DNA of 64,000 nt from Octopus vulgaris (GCA_951406725.2 OX597820.1:49972001-50036000); one strand, 5' to 3'. Positions 27,076 to 40,835 are shown, counted from the stretch's first letter. Program-made: numbers and translations. The notes: generated by a model from the letters alone, not told the origin.

Positions 27076-28427
27076 GGATCTGTTCAGTTTGGCTCTCAGA
27101 TTTTTTAATTAACTCTTTTTTACTAAACAGATTGAGAACTTCGTATACTAGTGTAATTTCTTACGCAGAATACGGTTTACTGTGAACATTTTTGACAAAA
27201 TTTCGTATTTAAGAAGTTATTTCGAGTTAAAGTTGTCCTATTTAGATAATTTTAACCAATCAACGACGTCTACTCAGTTAAAGAAAGCTACTGCAGTTTG
27301 CAATGGTAATCGAAGAGGAACAACTTCCGGGTTATCCCTACTAAATGTCACCACTCTGTTCTATTTTATTTGTTTACTCCCTGTGTTGCATATTACACTC
27401 TTTTTTTGTTCTCGCGTCGGAGTAACCTGTAAACATCAGCACCAAGAAGGAAGAAACATTATTTACATATATTTATTCGTTGTCCGACATCGGCATTTAA
27501 GTCGCAGGGCCGAATTTCGGGGGAAAGTTTGGTTTTATCGTCACATAAAGCGCATCGGTGTTTAAAAGACCTATAGAGCTACGAGTCCGCAGCTAGCTTT
27601 TTGTTGTTGACTTGTATGTAGTTCCAAAATGTCTTAATTTACAACTATGTGATGTATTGTTATTGTTATGATTTTATCTTACTATAATTAACAACAAACA
27701 TTTTTCGTCAATGTTTATTAGATTAAAATAACATTATCAAAACATGATGGTAAAAAAAAACCAAAGAACAAATATACTTTATTTTCTTCCAGGCACCAAT
27801 GTACTGTAGCCATACTCTTTCACGTTGTTCACCAACCGACCTTTACTTTGAAAAAATCAGTGGAATCAGTCGATCTCCATAAACACATTATTTTCCGCCT
27901 GAAACTTTAAAAATAAACTACACATATTTGGTGCACCTTTCTATAATCTGCACAACACTAAATTTTCCAAGTAAAAAATAGCGACTTATACACCGGAAAA
28001 ACGGTAATTGTAGTCGGAGTGACAAGTTTGCTCGCTGGTTAGTAGTTGATAATGGAGCAGTGGCTGTCTGCCAGTAGAGAGGAAAAAAGTAAGGAATGCA
28101 CGGTACTGATTAGAAAGGAAGAAAGGATAACATACAAATAGAATAGAGTGGGGACATTTAGTAGAGATGACCCCGAAGTTGTTCCTCTTCGATTACTATA
28201 GCAAACAGCAGTAGCTTTCTTCAACTGAATACAAGTCGTTGATTGGGTAAACAACCCAAAATACGACAATTTAACACAAAATAACTTCTAAAATACGAAA
28301 TTTTGTCAAAAATTTTCAAAATAAACCGTGTTCTGCGTGAGAAATTACACTACTATACGAAGTTACAAACTGTTTAGATAAAAAAAAATACTTAATTAAA
28401 AAACTGTGAGCCAAACTGAAGCGATCC
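27076..28427. mobile_element. Non-autonomous Merlin-type DNA transposon with about 290-bp TIRs and an 8-bp TSD
   Basis: GGATC...GATCC termini. Arms 27076-27365 and 28137-28427 are diverged reverse complements. TSD CACCGATG at 27068-27075 and 28428-28435. Confidence 0.85.
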
Positions 28428-28814
28428 CACCGATGTTGTTCAAGGGTAAGATTTGGGCCGATGTATCTTGGAATAACTGGTGTTGAAAACGTTACCGTAA
28501 AGATGTAAAGCAACACTGCATATACTGCAAGATATCCAGTCCGACATTCTAAGAGACCCGCTAGTCTGATACGCATAACTGGTGCTTGATTCATCGACTT
28601 CTAAAGGATGGACTCAAATATGGCCTTGGCGTGATTTGATCTGAACGTAAAGAGATCCAGAATAAATGACGCAAAGTATTCTAACTGATGCACTAATGAC
28701 ACTACTAATTTGTTGTCTTACTTTCAGGAACAGAAGCAAGAGCAGCAGCAGCAGCAACAACAACAATAACAGCAGCAGCGGTTGTAGTTATAGTAGTAGA
28801 AAGAGTAGGAGAAG

Positions 28815-29100
28815 TGACGGACTCTCATCGAAGACGACGCATGAGCGTTCAGTTTCCTGCCGAAGGACCTACGCAAAAGATTTGTTTATAGTGATCAAAT
28901 GTATGTGCTGTGCATTAGCTCACTCTTTCCAGCAAATCGACGTTGCCTGAAGAGGCTCACGGTGTATCACACGTCAGGTATCGAAGTGACTGCAGGGCAA
29001 CGTGATATGAAATGTTTTGCCCAAGAACACAACACACTACCCGGTCTAGGAACTGAAACCAGGATCTCGCAATCGTGACGGCGGCACCCTAACCACTACA
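28815..29100 (-). mobile_element. Older tRNA-derived SINE
   Basis: Minus strand GTAGTGGTTAGGGTG...TCACGAT...GGTTTCAGTTCCTAGACCGGG followed by GTGTTGTGTTCTTGGGCAAAACA. Confidence 0.65.
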
Positions 29101-29704
29101 TCATGGTTAGTAGTAGTAGTAGTAGTATTGGTGGTGGTGGTGGTGGTGGTGGTAGTAGCGGTAGTAGTAGTAGTAGTAGTAGTAGCAGCAGCAGCAGCCG
29201 TAGTAGTAGAAGTAATTGTTGTTGTTTTAGTAGTAGTAGTAGTAGTAGTAGGTGCTGTTGAAGTAAAAATCGCTAGAGTAGTTTGAAGATGTGACTAAAA
29301 ATATGCACTGAAGAAAGTTTTGTGAGAATAATTGGGAAGAATCTGTAGAAAAGTATTGGTGGTGGTGGTCATGGTTGAGGTAGTTGTGTTGGTAATGGTG
29401 ATGTTTTTATAGGCGCTAGTTTGCGGTGGTAGTTCCGATTGGTGACGAGGGTTGAAGAGATAGGGTTGTCGTTAGAGAAGAGAAGAAAATTGGTTTGTTT
29501 GTGTTGAAGGGACACAGAAGTTATGCTTTGGTTAGTGGTGGTAGTGGTGGTGGTGGTGGATTTGGTGATGGGTGATGAAGGAAGAAAGGAAAGTCGATGA
29601 GTGGTGGCATGAGGAATACCAGAAGAATATACTGATGATGATACGTTGTGAAGTGGTAGTTGATGTATCAGAAAACCAGAGATGTGGAAAATCAGGAACA
29701 ACAA

Positions 29705-29765
<61 letters not shown>

Positions 29766-29974
29766 AAGGTGGAAGAGAGGCAAAAGGGGATAGATAAGCT
29801 AAGAATGAAACGACAGCGATGAAAGTTTGAAGGATAGATCATAAAAGGATAGATAGAAAATGAAAGGGAGAACGGGTAAGTTTGAGAGCGAGCAACACAG
29901 AGTTATGTTGAGTGAATGAAATACTAGAAGCTAACGATTTAAGTGTGGCTAGTTGAAGTTTGAAAATCCCAAAA

Positions 29975-30195
29975 TTGTTTTCAAATTTGGGCACAAGACC
30001 AGCAATTTCAGGAGCCGGGGTAAGTCGATTATATTGACCCTAGTGTTGAACTGGTACTTATTTATTATTAATTATCGAACCCGAACTGATGAAAGACAAT
30101 GTCGACCTCCGCGGAATTTTAACTCAGAACGTAAAACAGGCATAATGCCGGTTAGCATTATGCCTGGTGTGCTAACGATTCTGCTAGCTTGTCGA
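29975..30195 (-). mobile_element. Nin-domain SINE
   Basis: Reverse complement of the family C motif. Confidence 0.75.
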
Positions 30196-30329
30196 AAATG
30201 AAAATAGAAGGGAAATTAACAAGTTTCTTTCAAAAACACTTTGTGTTTAAGCTGAATATAGTTTTACGTTAAAGAAAGCATTCAAAATCAATTTTAGCTG
30301 TATTATTTTGAAGGCTGGCGTTTATGCTT

Positions 30330-30561
30330 CGAATGTAAATAGCGGTGTTGAGTTACGTTTTACAGTCTGGTCGAGCTTCTCAGTCACTTTTAGTTATCAT
30401 TTTTTTATTCAACAATTCGCATTCTCACCTGGAATCGATTTTTGTAATTTTTTCAAGACTTATGCACGCCCTGATACCGTCGGTATATACATATGAAATT
30501 TGAGCGCAATCGGATGGAGGATGCCCGAGATCCTAGAAGACACACAGACAGAACGGATTTC

Positions 30562-30575
<14 letters not shown>
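30330..30575 (-). mobile_element. Helitron-like non-autonomous element, 5' part
   Basis: Minus strand (TA)n..CTGTCTGTGTGTC..CATCCGATTGCGCTCAAATTT, the same architecture as 11764-12133. Confidence 0.45.
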
Positions 30576-30599
<24 letters not shown>

Positions 30600-31310
30600 G
30601 CGCAGTGGTGGATTTTCGTAATGCATTTTTCCTCCCCACCATCCTGACATGTACAATGTTGTAGCTATGCTAGAAATCATTATTTAGGTTTCTTAAGGAA
30701 AGAGGATGGTAGATTTATAGAATTGTTAGAATGTCTGAAGAAATAATTTGCGCTTTTACCTTTGTTTCTTTACACTCTAAATTCAAAGGTCAATTTTGCT
30801 TTATTTTTCCATTCGGAATCTATAAAATTAAGTACGAATCATGTACTTAAGCCACATCTCCAAATTTCTTGCCTTGTGCTCAGGTTGGAAACATTTGCTC
30901 CTTTTTTGTACCTTTGTTAAAATTAGCAATTTCTTCTGCTTTGAGAATCTACAGTTATACAAATGATTAATGATAGCGACTGGAATTATATATATTATGA
31001 TAAATATTATTGACATAGCTGTGACATTAACGAATAAAAATAAGACTTTACTGAGAGCTGTACTAATGATAGATATGCTTCTCTATATTTCAACCTGCGT
31101 TCTGCCCACCCTTATGCTCCTATTGTGTTTCCCCATTACATCCCCTTCTGTCAGCAATTGCTCTTCCACTCTTGCACCGTCTATCTAATCTTCTTTCTAG
31201 CCCTTTACTCTGTCGTTCTTAATTCACACTCACCCGACTTTAAAAAATGTAGTCTTTGGCAAAGCTGGAACGTATCTCATTCGTATTATAAGCGGCTTAC
31301 GCACTGTCAA

Positions 31311-31505
31311 TATTGGTTTCAAATTTTGGCACAAAGCCAGCAATTTCGGGAGAAGGGTTAAGCTGATTACAATGATCCCAGTACTCCACTAGTACTTATT
31401 TTATTGATCCCACAAGGATGAGAGACAAATTTGAACTTGGCGGAAATTGAACTCAGAAGGTAAAGGCGGACGAAATGTCGCTAAGCATTTCGCCCGATGT
31501 GCTAA
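31311..31505 (-). mobile_element. Nin-domain SINE
   Basis: Reverse complement of the family C motif. Confidence 0.75.
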
Positions 31506-32254
31506 GTGTGCCGTTAATATTGAGTGTTAACATGACGAGTTCATTGAAAACCAATGCTCCACTCTTTGTGTTTGTATAGATTCTTTGAGCGTAAATTTTT
31601 CAGGGTCACGTGATAAGATGAATCGAATATTGTGTATTACTGGTATATTTAATCAGCAAATCAGGAAGTGATGAGACTAATAAAGTATGAAGCTGATTGA
31701 CCTCAGTATGAACTGAAATAAAATCACTGATGCTGAAAATCAATTTCTTTAAACTATTTTTTGTGTGGTTCCAGCCCTTCTGAAATCCCGGCGCAAAATT
31801 CCACAATGTGGTTTAAAAGGAAGCATTACAAAAGCTAAAAAAAAAAACCCACCATAGCTGTAACATGATAAACAACAACCCAAGAAGTGTAAAATTAAGA
31901 ACGTTGACATTTATGAAGCTGTGATGTTCATGCTTTTTTTTTTTTCTAAAAGAGTTATGAAGACCAAAAATGGCAGCAGCAAAAAAATAAAAATTCAAGA
32001 ATTTACAAATGTGGTAAGAAATATAATAGACTTCAATAACAACAACAAAATTCGGAAGAGCAGAAAATAAATAACAACAAGAGTAGCAGCAAAACAAACC
32101 AATCATGTAATGTTCCCCTTTTACCATTTCGAGTGAGTTGTGGGAAGGGCACAGGTGCAGGTCTTTAAGGGCCTACATCTGAGAATCGGGTCGTTCCGGT
32201 TGTCACATAACAATGTGCTAATATGTGAATTTTCTCCAACACCATTCCACCGAC

Positions 32255-32921
32255 ATAGCCACCACCACTACCATCACCACCAACAACAACAACACCACCA
32301 CCACCAACACCAACAACAACATCAACAACATCAACAACAACAACAACAACAAAAAACTATCACCACTACCATCACGTGCAACAACAGTAACATTACCACT
32401 TCCACTACTACCACGACCAACACTACCAGCATGTCATTATCGCCATTATCAGCATCACTATCATCAACTTTGGTGCCACCCGTCCAAGACTGCTTCTAAC
32501 GCTACCAAAACATGACTATTAGCAACACTACTACCAGCAACACCACCACCACCATCACTTTCACCACCGGCGCAACAGCAGTAACAGCAATACAAACGCT
32601 GCCATCTCCGTCACCATCACCACCACAACCACCACCATCATCACCACTACCACCACCCTCCTCCTCTTCCTCCTCCTCCTCCTCATCATCATCATCATCG
32701 TCGTCATCATCGTCAGCAGCATCATCACCTCATTTCTCGCCTCCAGACAGGCTTACCATAGCTGAGTTCCTAACTTGTCATCGCTTTCCGCACATACGCA
32801 TACGTCACCACACATCACCACCTTCACTATTTGCTGTGTTGTTGTGGTTCTCCTGCCTCCTCCTTGTCGTCGTCGTCGTCATCCTCACCATCATCATCAT
32901 CATCATCATCATAATCATCAA

Positions 32922-32955
<34 letters not shown>

Positions 32956-32983
32956 TATTCCTGCAAATAGTAGGGAGGTTGTT

Positions 32984-33028
<45 letters not shown>

Positions 33029-33030
33029 AT
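32255..33030. repeat. Trinucleotide low-complexity tract (CAA/CAC/CAT/TCC)n
   Basis: Direct reading of the sequence; source of the poly-Q/T/H/S ORFs. Confidence 0.9.
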
Positions 33031-33302
33031 TATTTCGTTCTTTTTATGTGTCTAAGGAATATATTCCTTAAAATACATCATTGAGGTTTTTCCGGTAATA
33101 ATTTACGAAAGTACTCGGTAAGTTGATAAATGAAATGTTACACTCAGGCCTTACTATAAGCATGAAACATGAACTTGAACAAACGTCTTCTGCTATAGCC
33201 CCCGGCCGACCAAAGCCTGTGAGTGGTTTTGGAAGACGGAAACAGAAAAAAACCCCACTGTATACATACATATATACATACATACATATATACATACATA
33301 CA

Positions 33303-33340
<38 letters not shown>

Positions 33341-33718
33341 CATACATATATATGTATATATTTGTATATATGTAAGTATGTATATATATATGTATATATG
33401 AATATATATATATATATATATATATAGCCAAATCAAAAACAAAAACAAAAATACCAAAACCCATACGCATGTACTCAGTGAATTTAAGATGGAAAAAAGA
33501 GGCGGTGTGACATTTCAAACATGGTTCTTCGTCAAGAAGAGGAAAGAGGAAGAATCTGGAGAGAAGAAACAGAATAATCCAACAAAAGCTCGTGTGTGGT
33601 TACATGGCTGAAGTGACCGGGGTTTTGATTCGTAGGGGGTTTTTTCATGTTATTTCGCATACTTTCATCGAATGTGACATCGAAATCACATGTAAACGGT
33701 TCCTTTCCACAGAAAAGG

Positions 33719-33838
33719 AAAGATTTGGCTGCAATTTCTTGCACGACCTGCTACCACGTAACAGCTATTTCGGGTCCCTTTACCTCAAATAGCTGTTGCG
33801 TGGTCGCAATGTGTGATAGAAATAGCAACCAAATCTTT
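33719..33838. repeat. Imperfect 120-nt hairpin
   Basis: AAAGATTTGGCTGCAATTTCT...CCACGTAACAGCTATTT, a loop, then AAATAGCTGTTGCGTGG...AGAAATAGCAACCAAATCTTT. Confidence 0.8.
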
Positions 33839-34419
33839 GTCGGTGTGATAAGCTGAATGCAATCGAAAAAAAAACTATTTAACAGTGATGTTACGAACGG
33901 GTCTTTTACGAAATATGTACCATATTTTAAAAGTCCCTTTCAGTTTAGAATATTTTTTAAATATGCCCCCTCCCCCACCACCACCAACAAAAAAGAGAGA
34001 AATTTTGTGATGGTATTCACTTAAAAATAATTTTTAAAAAACATAAAAATATTGTCTGTTTAAAGAAAGCTACAATATAAATACATACTGTACAAACAAC
34101 TTGCATTTTTGAAATCACATTCACTTAAAAATACTTCTAGATGTGTTAACGAAAATAGAAACATTTAAAGTTTAAAAAAACCGTTGTCAACTCACTGTCT
34201 AATAGAAAGATAAGAGTTTCTACCCTTTCAGGATGAAGATTATTTTCGGAACATGTTCCCATTATACACCGTGTTGGGTATTTATACCCCCAAATCTCTA
34301 ATATTTCGAAAACCTCTTTACCGATTTACGTGAAACTTGTTTCATTCCGTTCGTATTAACATTTCAGGGTAAACTTAAATCATAGTATTTTCTCATTATG
34401 CGCCAGTGGATGACACTTG

Positions 34420-34915
34420 CTCTAGGTGCCACACACTGGGACGCGCCTGGAACCATGTTGTTTGAAAGCAAACTTCTTACAATAAAGCCACGTTCAGGGG
34501 TATCTTGTGGGCATGTTTACATCAGTTTTCGTCTTTTATCTCTTGTTTCAGTCATTAGGCTGCAGTCATTCTGGGGCACGGTTTTGAAGAATTTTAGTCG
34601 AATAAATCAATCGTAGTACTTTTCTTTTTCAGAAGCCTGGTACTTATTCTATCGGTGTCTTTTGCCGAACCTCTATGCTTTGCTATTAGGACCCGAACAC
34701 ACCAACACCGATTGTCATGTTGTGATAGGGTAACGGGCGTCTTTTACTTTCCGTCTACCAAATTCACTCACAAGTCTTTAGTTGTCTCGAGGCTATAGAA
34801 GAAGACACATGCTCAAGGTGTCGCACTTTAGGACTAAATCCGGATACATGTAGTTAGAAAGGAAGGCCCTTACTACATAACCGCTCCACGCCTACATAAC
34901 CGCTCCACGCCTACA
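34420..34915 (-). mobile_element. Degenerate SINE family B copies
   Basis: Reverse-complement matches to the family B head and tail, with a 19-bp tandem duplication at the head end (34873-34915). Confidence 0.65.
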
Positions 34916-35092
34916 TGCTAGTTTTAAATTTTTTTTTGTTCCTGTTTACCAAAAAGATTTTAATACTAATATTTTTGTATTATACTCTTAAAACTATTAT
35001 ATATTTTGCAAGTAAGAACTCCGCGATTTATAAATACAATTATAAACTTGACTGATGATGTATAAATTTAATCGTAGAAAACCGAAATTCTG

Positions 35093-36454
35093 GGATCTTC
35101 GTGGTATTCGTCAGTTTACAATTTTTTTTCAATTACTTTCAAATTTGGCATATGGATTAAGTTTTGTATACTAATTATGAAATTAAAATTCATTTTCCCG
35201 ATAAATCCATAATTAAAAAGTTATTAGCCTTGAAATTTGCAAAATGTGGGTATTTTAGCCAATCAGAAACGAATAGTTTAGATATCACTGTGGCGAAAAA
35301 GTCTGTTTCTATAGTAACCAAAGCAAAGAAGCACCACGAGGTCCATAGCTGATCGCGAAGAACTTTGTTTCCATAGTAACCAAAGATGCTGCGCTTGTGC
35401 ACAAGGAGTGTAACCACCACTTCTTCAATAATTGTTTATTTTCATAACAGAAGGGACTCACATTCAACAAATTGAAAGTACCTGGGGATGGTTGACTCTT
35501 ATATTTGTGAATTTATGTGGAGGAGATACGAGAAGGATAATTTATTTTATAAAATCCTAGAGTGCATTGCAAACTTTCGTTCTTGAAACTTTTAACTAAT
35601 AAACGTCTGTTTTACACAATGTTTTGACTGTTATTTCTAGCAATCCCTGTTGGCCTGTCCGAAGCTTTTAAATATTCAAGTTGCTCGCGAATGCTTTAAT
35701 GTTAACTTTGCTCGTGCATGTTTTAATGTTTTGACTGTTATTTCTACCAACTCCTGTTGGTTTGCTTGTTCGTAGCTTTTTGATTTGCGCGCGTAACTAG
35801 TTTAATGTTTTGACATGCCGATTCCCCCACCCCTGATGATGGAAGAGACAGCGAACGCGCTGTTTTCTGACTGGCTGAAAATTCTGAAAATTATCAAACA
35901 TTGAACACCTATAACATTTTTGCGAAATTTTTCTATGGATCTTTTCGGTTTGAACGGCAGTTTTTTCTAGCGGTGTCATATGAAATTGTCACCCATAATT
36001 ATGACACTAGTATCGATCTATTGCATTTCAATCTGTTTTAGGGTTAGGGCTAGGAGTGGGGGGGGTATCTTTTTTTCTTCAGAAATGTAAATAAACCCAA
36101 TGTGTTTCTTAAACGAGGGACATATTCATACGGCACAGAATATTTTTGCCTCAATAGACGTCATTGATTGGTTGAAATTGCAGAAATTGAAGAAAAAAAC
36201 CAACAAATATCTTACAAACCATAGAATTTTCTCAATAAAGCCAAGAAAAAAAGATGTTTTATAAACACATTCTACCAGCAACGAAGTTTAAAAGTGTTTT
36301 GTTAAGTGGAAATTATTTTAAAAACTGCCGTTCAAACCGAAAAGATCCAGTGAATAACAAATTCGGGTGCAGCGTTAAAAATTACATCAATATGATACAT
36401 TGAAAACATTTTTTTAAAGATAATTGTAAACAGTGACGAAATCCACAAAGATTC
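35093..36454 (+). mobile_element. Merlin DNA transposon deletion derivative with transposase C-terminal relic
   Basis: TIRs GGATCTTCGTGGTATTCGTCAGTTTACAATT and AATTGTAAACAGTGACGAAATCCACAAAGATTC. TSD AAATTCTG at 35085-35092 and 36455-36462. 35447-35586 reads TEGTHIQQIESTW/MVDSYICEFMWRRYEKDNLFYKILECIANF, the Merlin/IS1595-like C-terminal motifs. Confidence 0.9.
35937..36348. mobile_element. MITE with perfect 29-bp TIRs nested in the Merlin element
   Basis: GGATCTTTTCGGTTTGAACGGCAGTTTTT and AAAAACTGCCGTTCAAACCGAAAAGATCC, with internal TTAGGGTTAGGG. No TSD visible. Confidence 0.85.
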
Positions 36455-36879
36455 AAATTCTGGTTCTAATGTCTTCAACAATCGCATGGGGCCCTCTATA
36501 AATATAATGAGTCAGTAACCCACGCAATCTCATTTAATTTATCTTGAAGATGAGGTTATGCTTGTCTTTAAATATTGGTGGTGGAGTAAAGAAATTTGCA
36601 GTTCCAAACAAATAGAAGGCACTCCTATAAAAATATGACAAAACAAAATAACAGCAACAAGAACAACATGAACAAAACGACGCACACGCACTTACAAAGG
36701 GATAAAATTAAAACAGTCCGGTTTTGAGTACAAATAAGGGATTGGCGTGTATATATGTGTGTGTGTGTGTGTGTTTCTGTGATACAACTATATATACATG
36801 TATATGTGTATATATCTATACATTTATGTATACATGAATATACATGTGTATGTATGTGCATATATATATATATATACAT

Positions 36880-36959
36880 AAAGTTCTGGGTAAACTTTGA
36901 GTTCGGTATATATATATATATGTGTATATGTATAGCGAACTCAGTTTACCCAGAACTTT
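36880..36959. repeat. Short inverted repeat around a (TA)n loop
   Basis: AAAGTTCTGGGTAAACT(TT)GAGTTCGGTATA ... TATAGCGAACTCAGTTTACCCAGAACTTT. Confidence 0.85.
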
Positions 36960-38410
36960 CTGGAAAATATTACCAATTAAAGAAAAAATAATATAAAATA
37001 AAATATGAAAGTTAAATCATGTAAAAATAAATGCAAGCGCATCTTTTATGTTTTTTATTTCTTTTCTTATATTTATATTTCTAAATTTTATTTATTTATT
37101 TCGTTTTTTTCCCATGATATTTTTGTTTGTTTGTTTATGCGTAGTGAAAAATGTCTTGTTTTTGTTTGCGTCGTTCTTACTTTTGTTATTTTTTACTAGT
37201 GTATTCGATGTTGTTTTGTGTCTTTTTTTTATTGTTATCTACATTCATTCTCTCCGCCGAATCACGGTCGAGTGGTTTGTTAATGCTCACTGAAGCATAT
37301 AAACATCCTCAAATTACAAAAAATAAAGTTAGGGCAAAAAAAAAAAAAGGAGCAAAACTAAATCCCTAGAAAGAGTTTTTCGGGTGGGATATTGACAAAA
37401 GCAAAAGAAATGGTAAGAAATGGTGTGGAGAAATGAATCGGACACAGAGATGGTGAAACAGAGAGAGTGAGCGAGAGAGTAAGAGGGAGAAACAGAAGAA
37501 AATTCTATGTGTGTGTCTTGGCCTGTGGGTAGTGAGAATGAAAAATAGTAGGTATATACATAATTAAGATAAAGAGGGTGGAAAAAGAGAGGAAGGAAAG
37601 TACATAGAGAGTATAGTATGAAATGAAGAAATTGAGGAGGGAAAGCCAAGTGAAAGAGGTACAGCAAACGAAAGAGGAAAGAGAGAGAGAGAGGGTGTGT
37701 GTGATTCAAAGAAGAGATAACGATAAAGAGTGTGGATGGAGAGAAAGCCAAGATAGTACGAAGAAAAGCGAAACAGCGAAAGAATGTACAGAGGGAGAAA
37801 GTAGAAAAGGAAGGGTGGTAGGTGTGACACAAAAGATAGATAGAGAAAGAAAGGGAGAGAGGGAACAGATAAAAAAAAGTTAACGAAAAATACTGAAAAA
37901 GAAAAAAAGATTTGAGAGAGAGAGAGAGGAAAAGAGAGTGAAAGAAGCAGGGAGAGAGAGAAAGAGAGTTGTAGTATTATTGTGTAGAAAGGTTCACTAT
38001 TTCAGACACATGTTTGACACTGTTTAAATGGGCCGCCATCATCCACAACTGTTAAACGACTCCCTAACGATGTGACCCATCCTACCAACAACAACCCATC
38101 AGTCGTGCTGTGATCTATGGTAACTTAGCAAAAGAAAAAAGAAAAATGATAAAGAAGAATTATTTTTACTTCTCACTCCTCCTACAACACATTGTGAAGT
38201 TTTGTTGTTTTTGTTGGAGCCCATTTTAGGATTGTTTTGTTTTGTTTTTGTATCATACATTGGTTGGAGGTGAAGAGATGCGAATGCTTTCACACCATAC
38301 GCACAGACAAATGGATATAGCCATACACATAAATATAAATACGTACATTCACATATACATATAATCATATATATGTATATATAAATAAATATGAATATGT
38401 GTGTATATAT

Positions 38411-38822
38411 GAGTGGCTGTGTGGTAAGTAGCTTGCTAACTAACCACATGGTTCTGGATTCAGTCCCACTGCGTGGCGCCTTGGACAAGTGCCTTCTATT
38501 ATAGCCTCGGGCCGACCAAAACTTTGTGAGTGGATTTGGTACACGGAAACTGAAAGAAGCCTATCGTATATACATATATATATGTGTGTGTGCGTGTGTG
38601 TGTGTGTATTTGTTTGTGTGTCTGTGTCTGTCCCACCAACGTCGCTTGAGAACCGACGCTGGTGTGTTTACGTCCCGTAACTTAACCGTTCGGCAAAAGA
38701 CACCGATACAATAAGTACCAGGCTTACAAAGAATAAGTCCTGGGGTCGATTTGCTCGACTAAAGGCGGTGCTCCTGCATGGCCGCAGTCAAATGACTGGA
38801 ACAAGTAAAAGAGAGTAAAAGA
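38411..38822 (+). mobile_element. SINE family B
   Basis: Full-length match to 16963-17407. Confidence 0.9.
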
Positions 38823-38884
38823 GAAACCAAAATCAGAAACCAAAAAACGTCTAAGGTAATTAGTGAAATATTAATTAACAATAG

Positions 38885-38922
<38 letters not shown>

Positions 38923-40633
38923 AAAGAATATACATCGGATAACTGTACAATGGATATGCTGAGTGAGTGTGTGTGTGTGTGTTTATATATATATATATAT
39001 ATACATGCACATATACATAGAAATATTTATATAACAGTGCAAATGCACTCTTAGAAATGTAAACAACACAGGACAAATCACCATATAGATAACAATACCT
39101 ATACATATAAGCCCATCCGCATATATACACACGTGCACACGCGTAACTCCCATCCCCAAAATCTCTGGATTCTCTATGCAGAAACATCATCTGCCTAAAC
39201 TCCCTTAAATCATATCCCATTTTCTCAGAAATAGACGGACGATTTGGATAATGTAGTCACCGATAAACTAATATACAAGATAGGCATATATGAAACGTCC
39301 TTTATCATAGGTCCGAGATTTGTGGCGCTAAATAAAAGCAGCAAAGGCATATACACACTTACGACGCATGTATTCAAATACGCACACGCACATACAACAT
39401 ACAACACACACATGCATATACGCATATGTATCGACACCTCACGACAATACGCAAACTGTGAAACATCCTACAGACTTACACAAACACAGAACGATGTAAG
39501 ACTAACAGATTCGAATGCTCTTCCTGCCGGTGAAATAGTGTGACCGTTTCTGCGTAGGATAGAACTCCAGGGATCCGTTATTTTCATATTTTAATTTTTC
39601 TACGGTCTTCATTCTGAGTTCCAATCCGACCGTGGTGAACTTCGCTTTCTTTCATCCTTTTGGGACTGAAAAAAAGAAAAACAAACAAAAAACGGTGTTA
39701 GAGATTGTTTTGTTTTCACGCAAAATCCAATTTTCTGAGGAAAAATTTCTCCAGATGTAGTTTTCATGCTAATTACGTTAATCATAACCATTTTTCCTGT
39801 CTTTCTTTTTTTAGTTCTTTCTTTCTTTCTTTCTTTTTCCTTTCGTTCTTTCTTTCTTTTTCCTTTCTTTCTTTCTTTTCGAAGAATTTGAAAACAAAGA
39901 AGTTACGGGCATTTAATATTTAAATATTTTTCAATTTCGACCAATCAGATGCAGCCATATATTCCCGAAACAACATGGCAATATATCGAAAATAAATTGC
40001 CATATATTCCCATAAGAACATATTAAAACAAAGTGAGCAAACATATTGAAATGAAAACTATTTTAACCAACGTAAACAAGCAAGAAATTGAAAACCGTAA
40101 CGAGCGGCCGAGTAGAGAATTTGAGATGTCTGTGGGAACACTTTGATAACAGAGGGTGTTATTTCCAACTGAGAGTTAGAACACGGGAAAATAGACTTTG
40201 TTTGTGAAAACATCAATAAATATTTCCGGTTTTGTTGGAATTGCCCAATGGCACCGTTGGTAAATAATCTGCAGGGAATTTGTGTCTGCGTGGAAAGACT
40301 TCACGGCATCACGCTTCCACTAAAAACCATATCTGTGTTATTTATTGTTGAATAAAAACAGCTAGCTACTGTTCGTTTCTGTGGGGATCAGATACAAACG
40401 ACCCAAAAGAATCGTGGTTACAACTACACGAGGGAACTGTGCACAGTCGACTTATTTCGTAACAATGCAGATAGATGGCCTTGGAACGTTCGTGAAATAG
40501 ACAAACGATATAATGCAGACAAGGAACCAATCAAGGAAGTATGCTACTGGCTGAGGCCTGGCAGTGTTTGTTCTGCCTCATTTTATTGACATCAACTCCC
40601 GCCATAACCTACGTGTAATATACTTACATACAT

Positions 40634-40792
40634 AGGAGTGGCTGTGTGGTAAGTAGCTGCTTACGAACCACATGGTTCCGGGTTCAGTCCCACTGCGTGG
40701 TGCCTTGGGCAAGTGTCTTCTACTATAGCCTCGGACCGACCAAAGCCTTGTGAGTGGATTTGGTAGACGGAAACTGAAAGAAGCCCGTCGTA

Positions 40793-40835
<43 letters not shown>

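Noticed and set aside
27182-28269. Two similar ORFs on opposite strands (QLKKATAVC..RRGTTSG)
   Set aside because: They are the two TIRs of one DNA transposon, not paralogous genes.
32140-33071. Poly-Q/H/T/S/P ORFs resembling a transcription factor
   Set aside because: Trinucleotide low-complexity tract open in several frames, with no folded domain.
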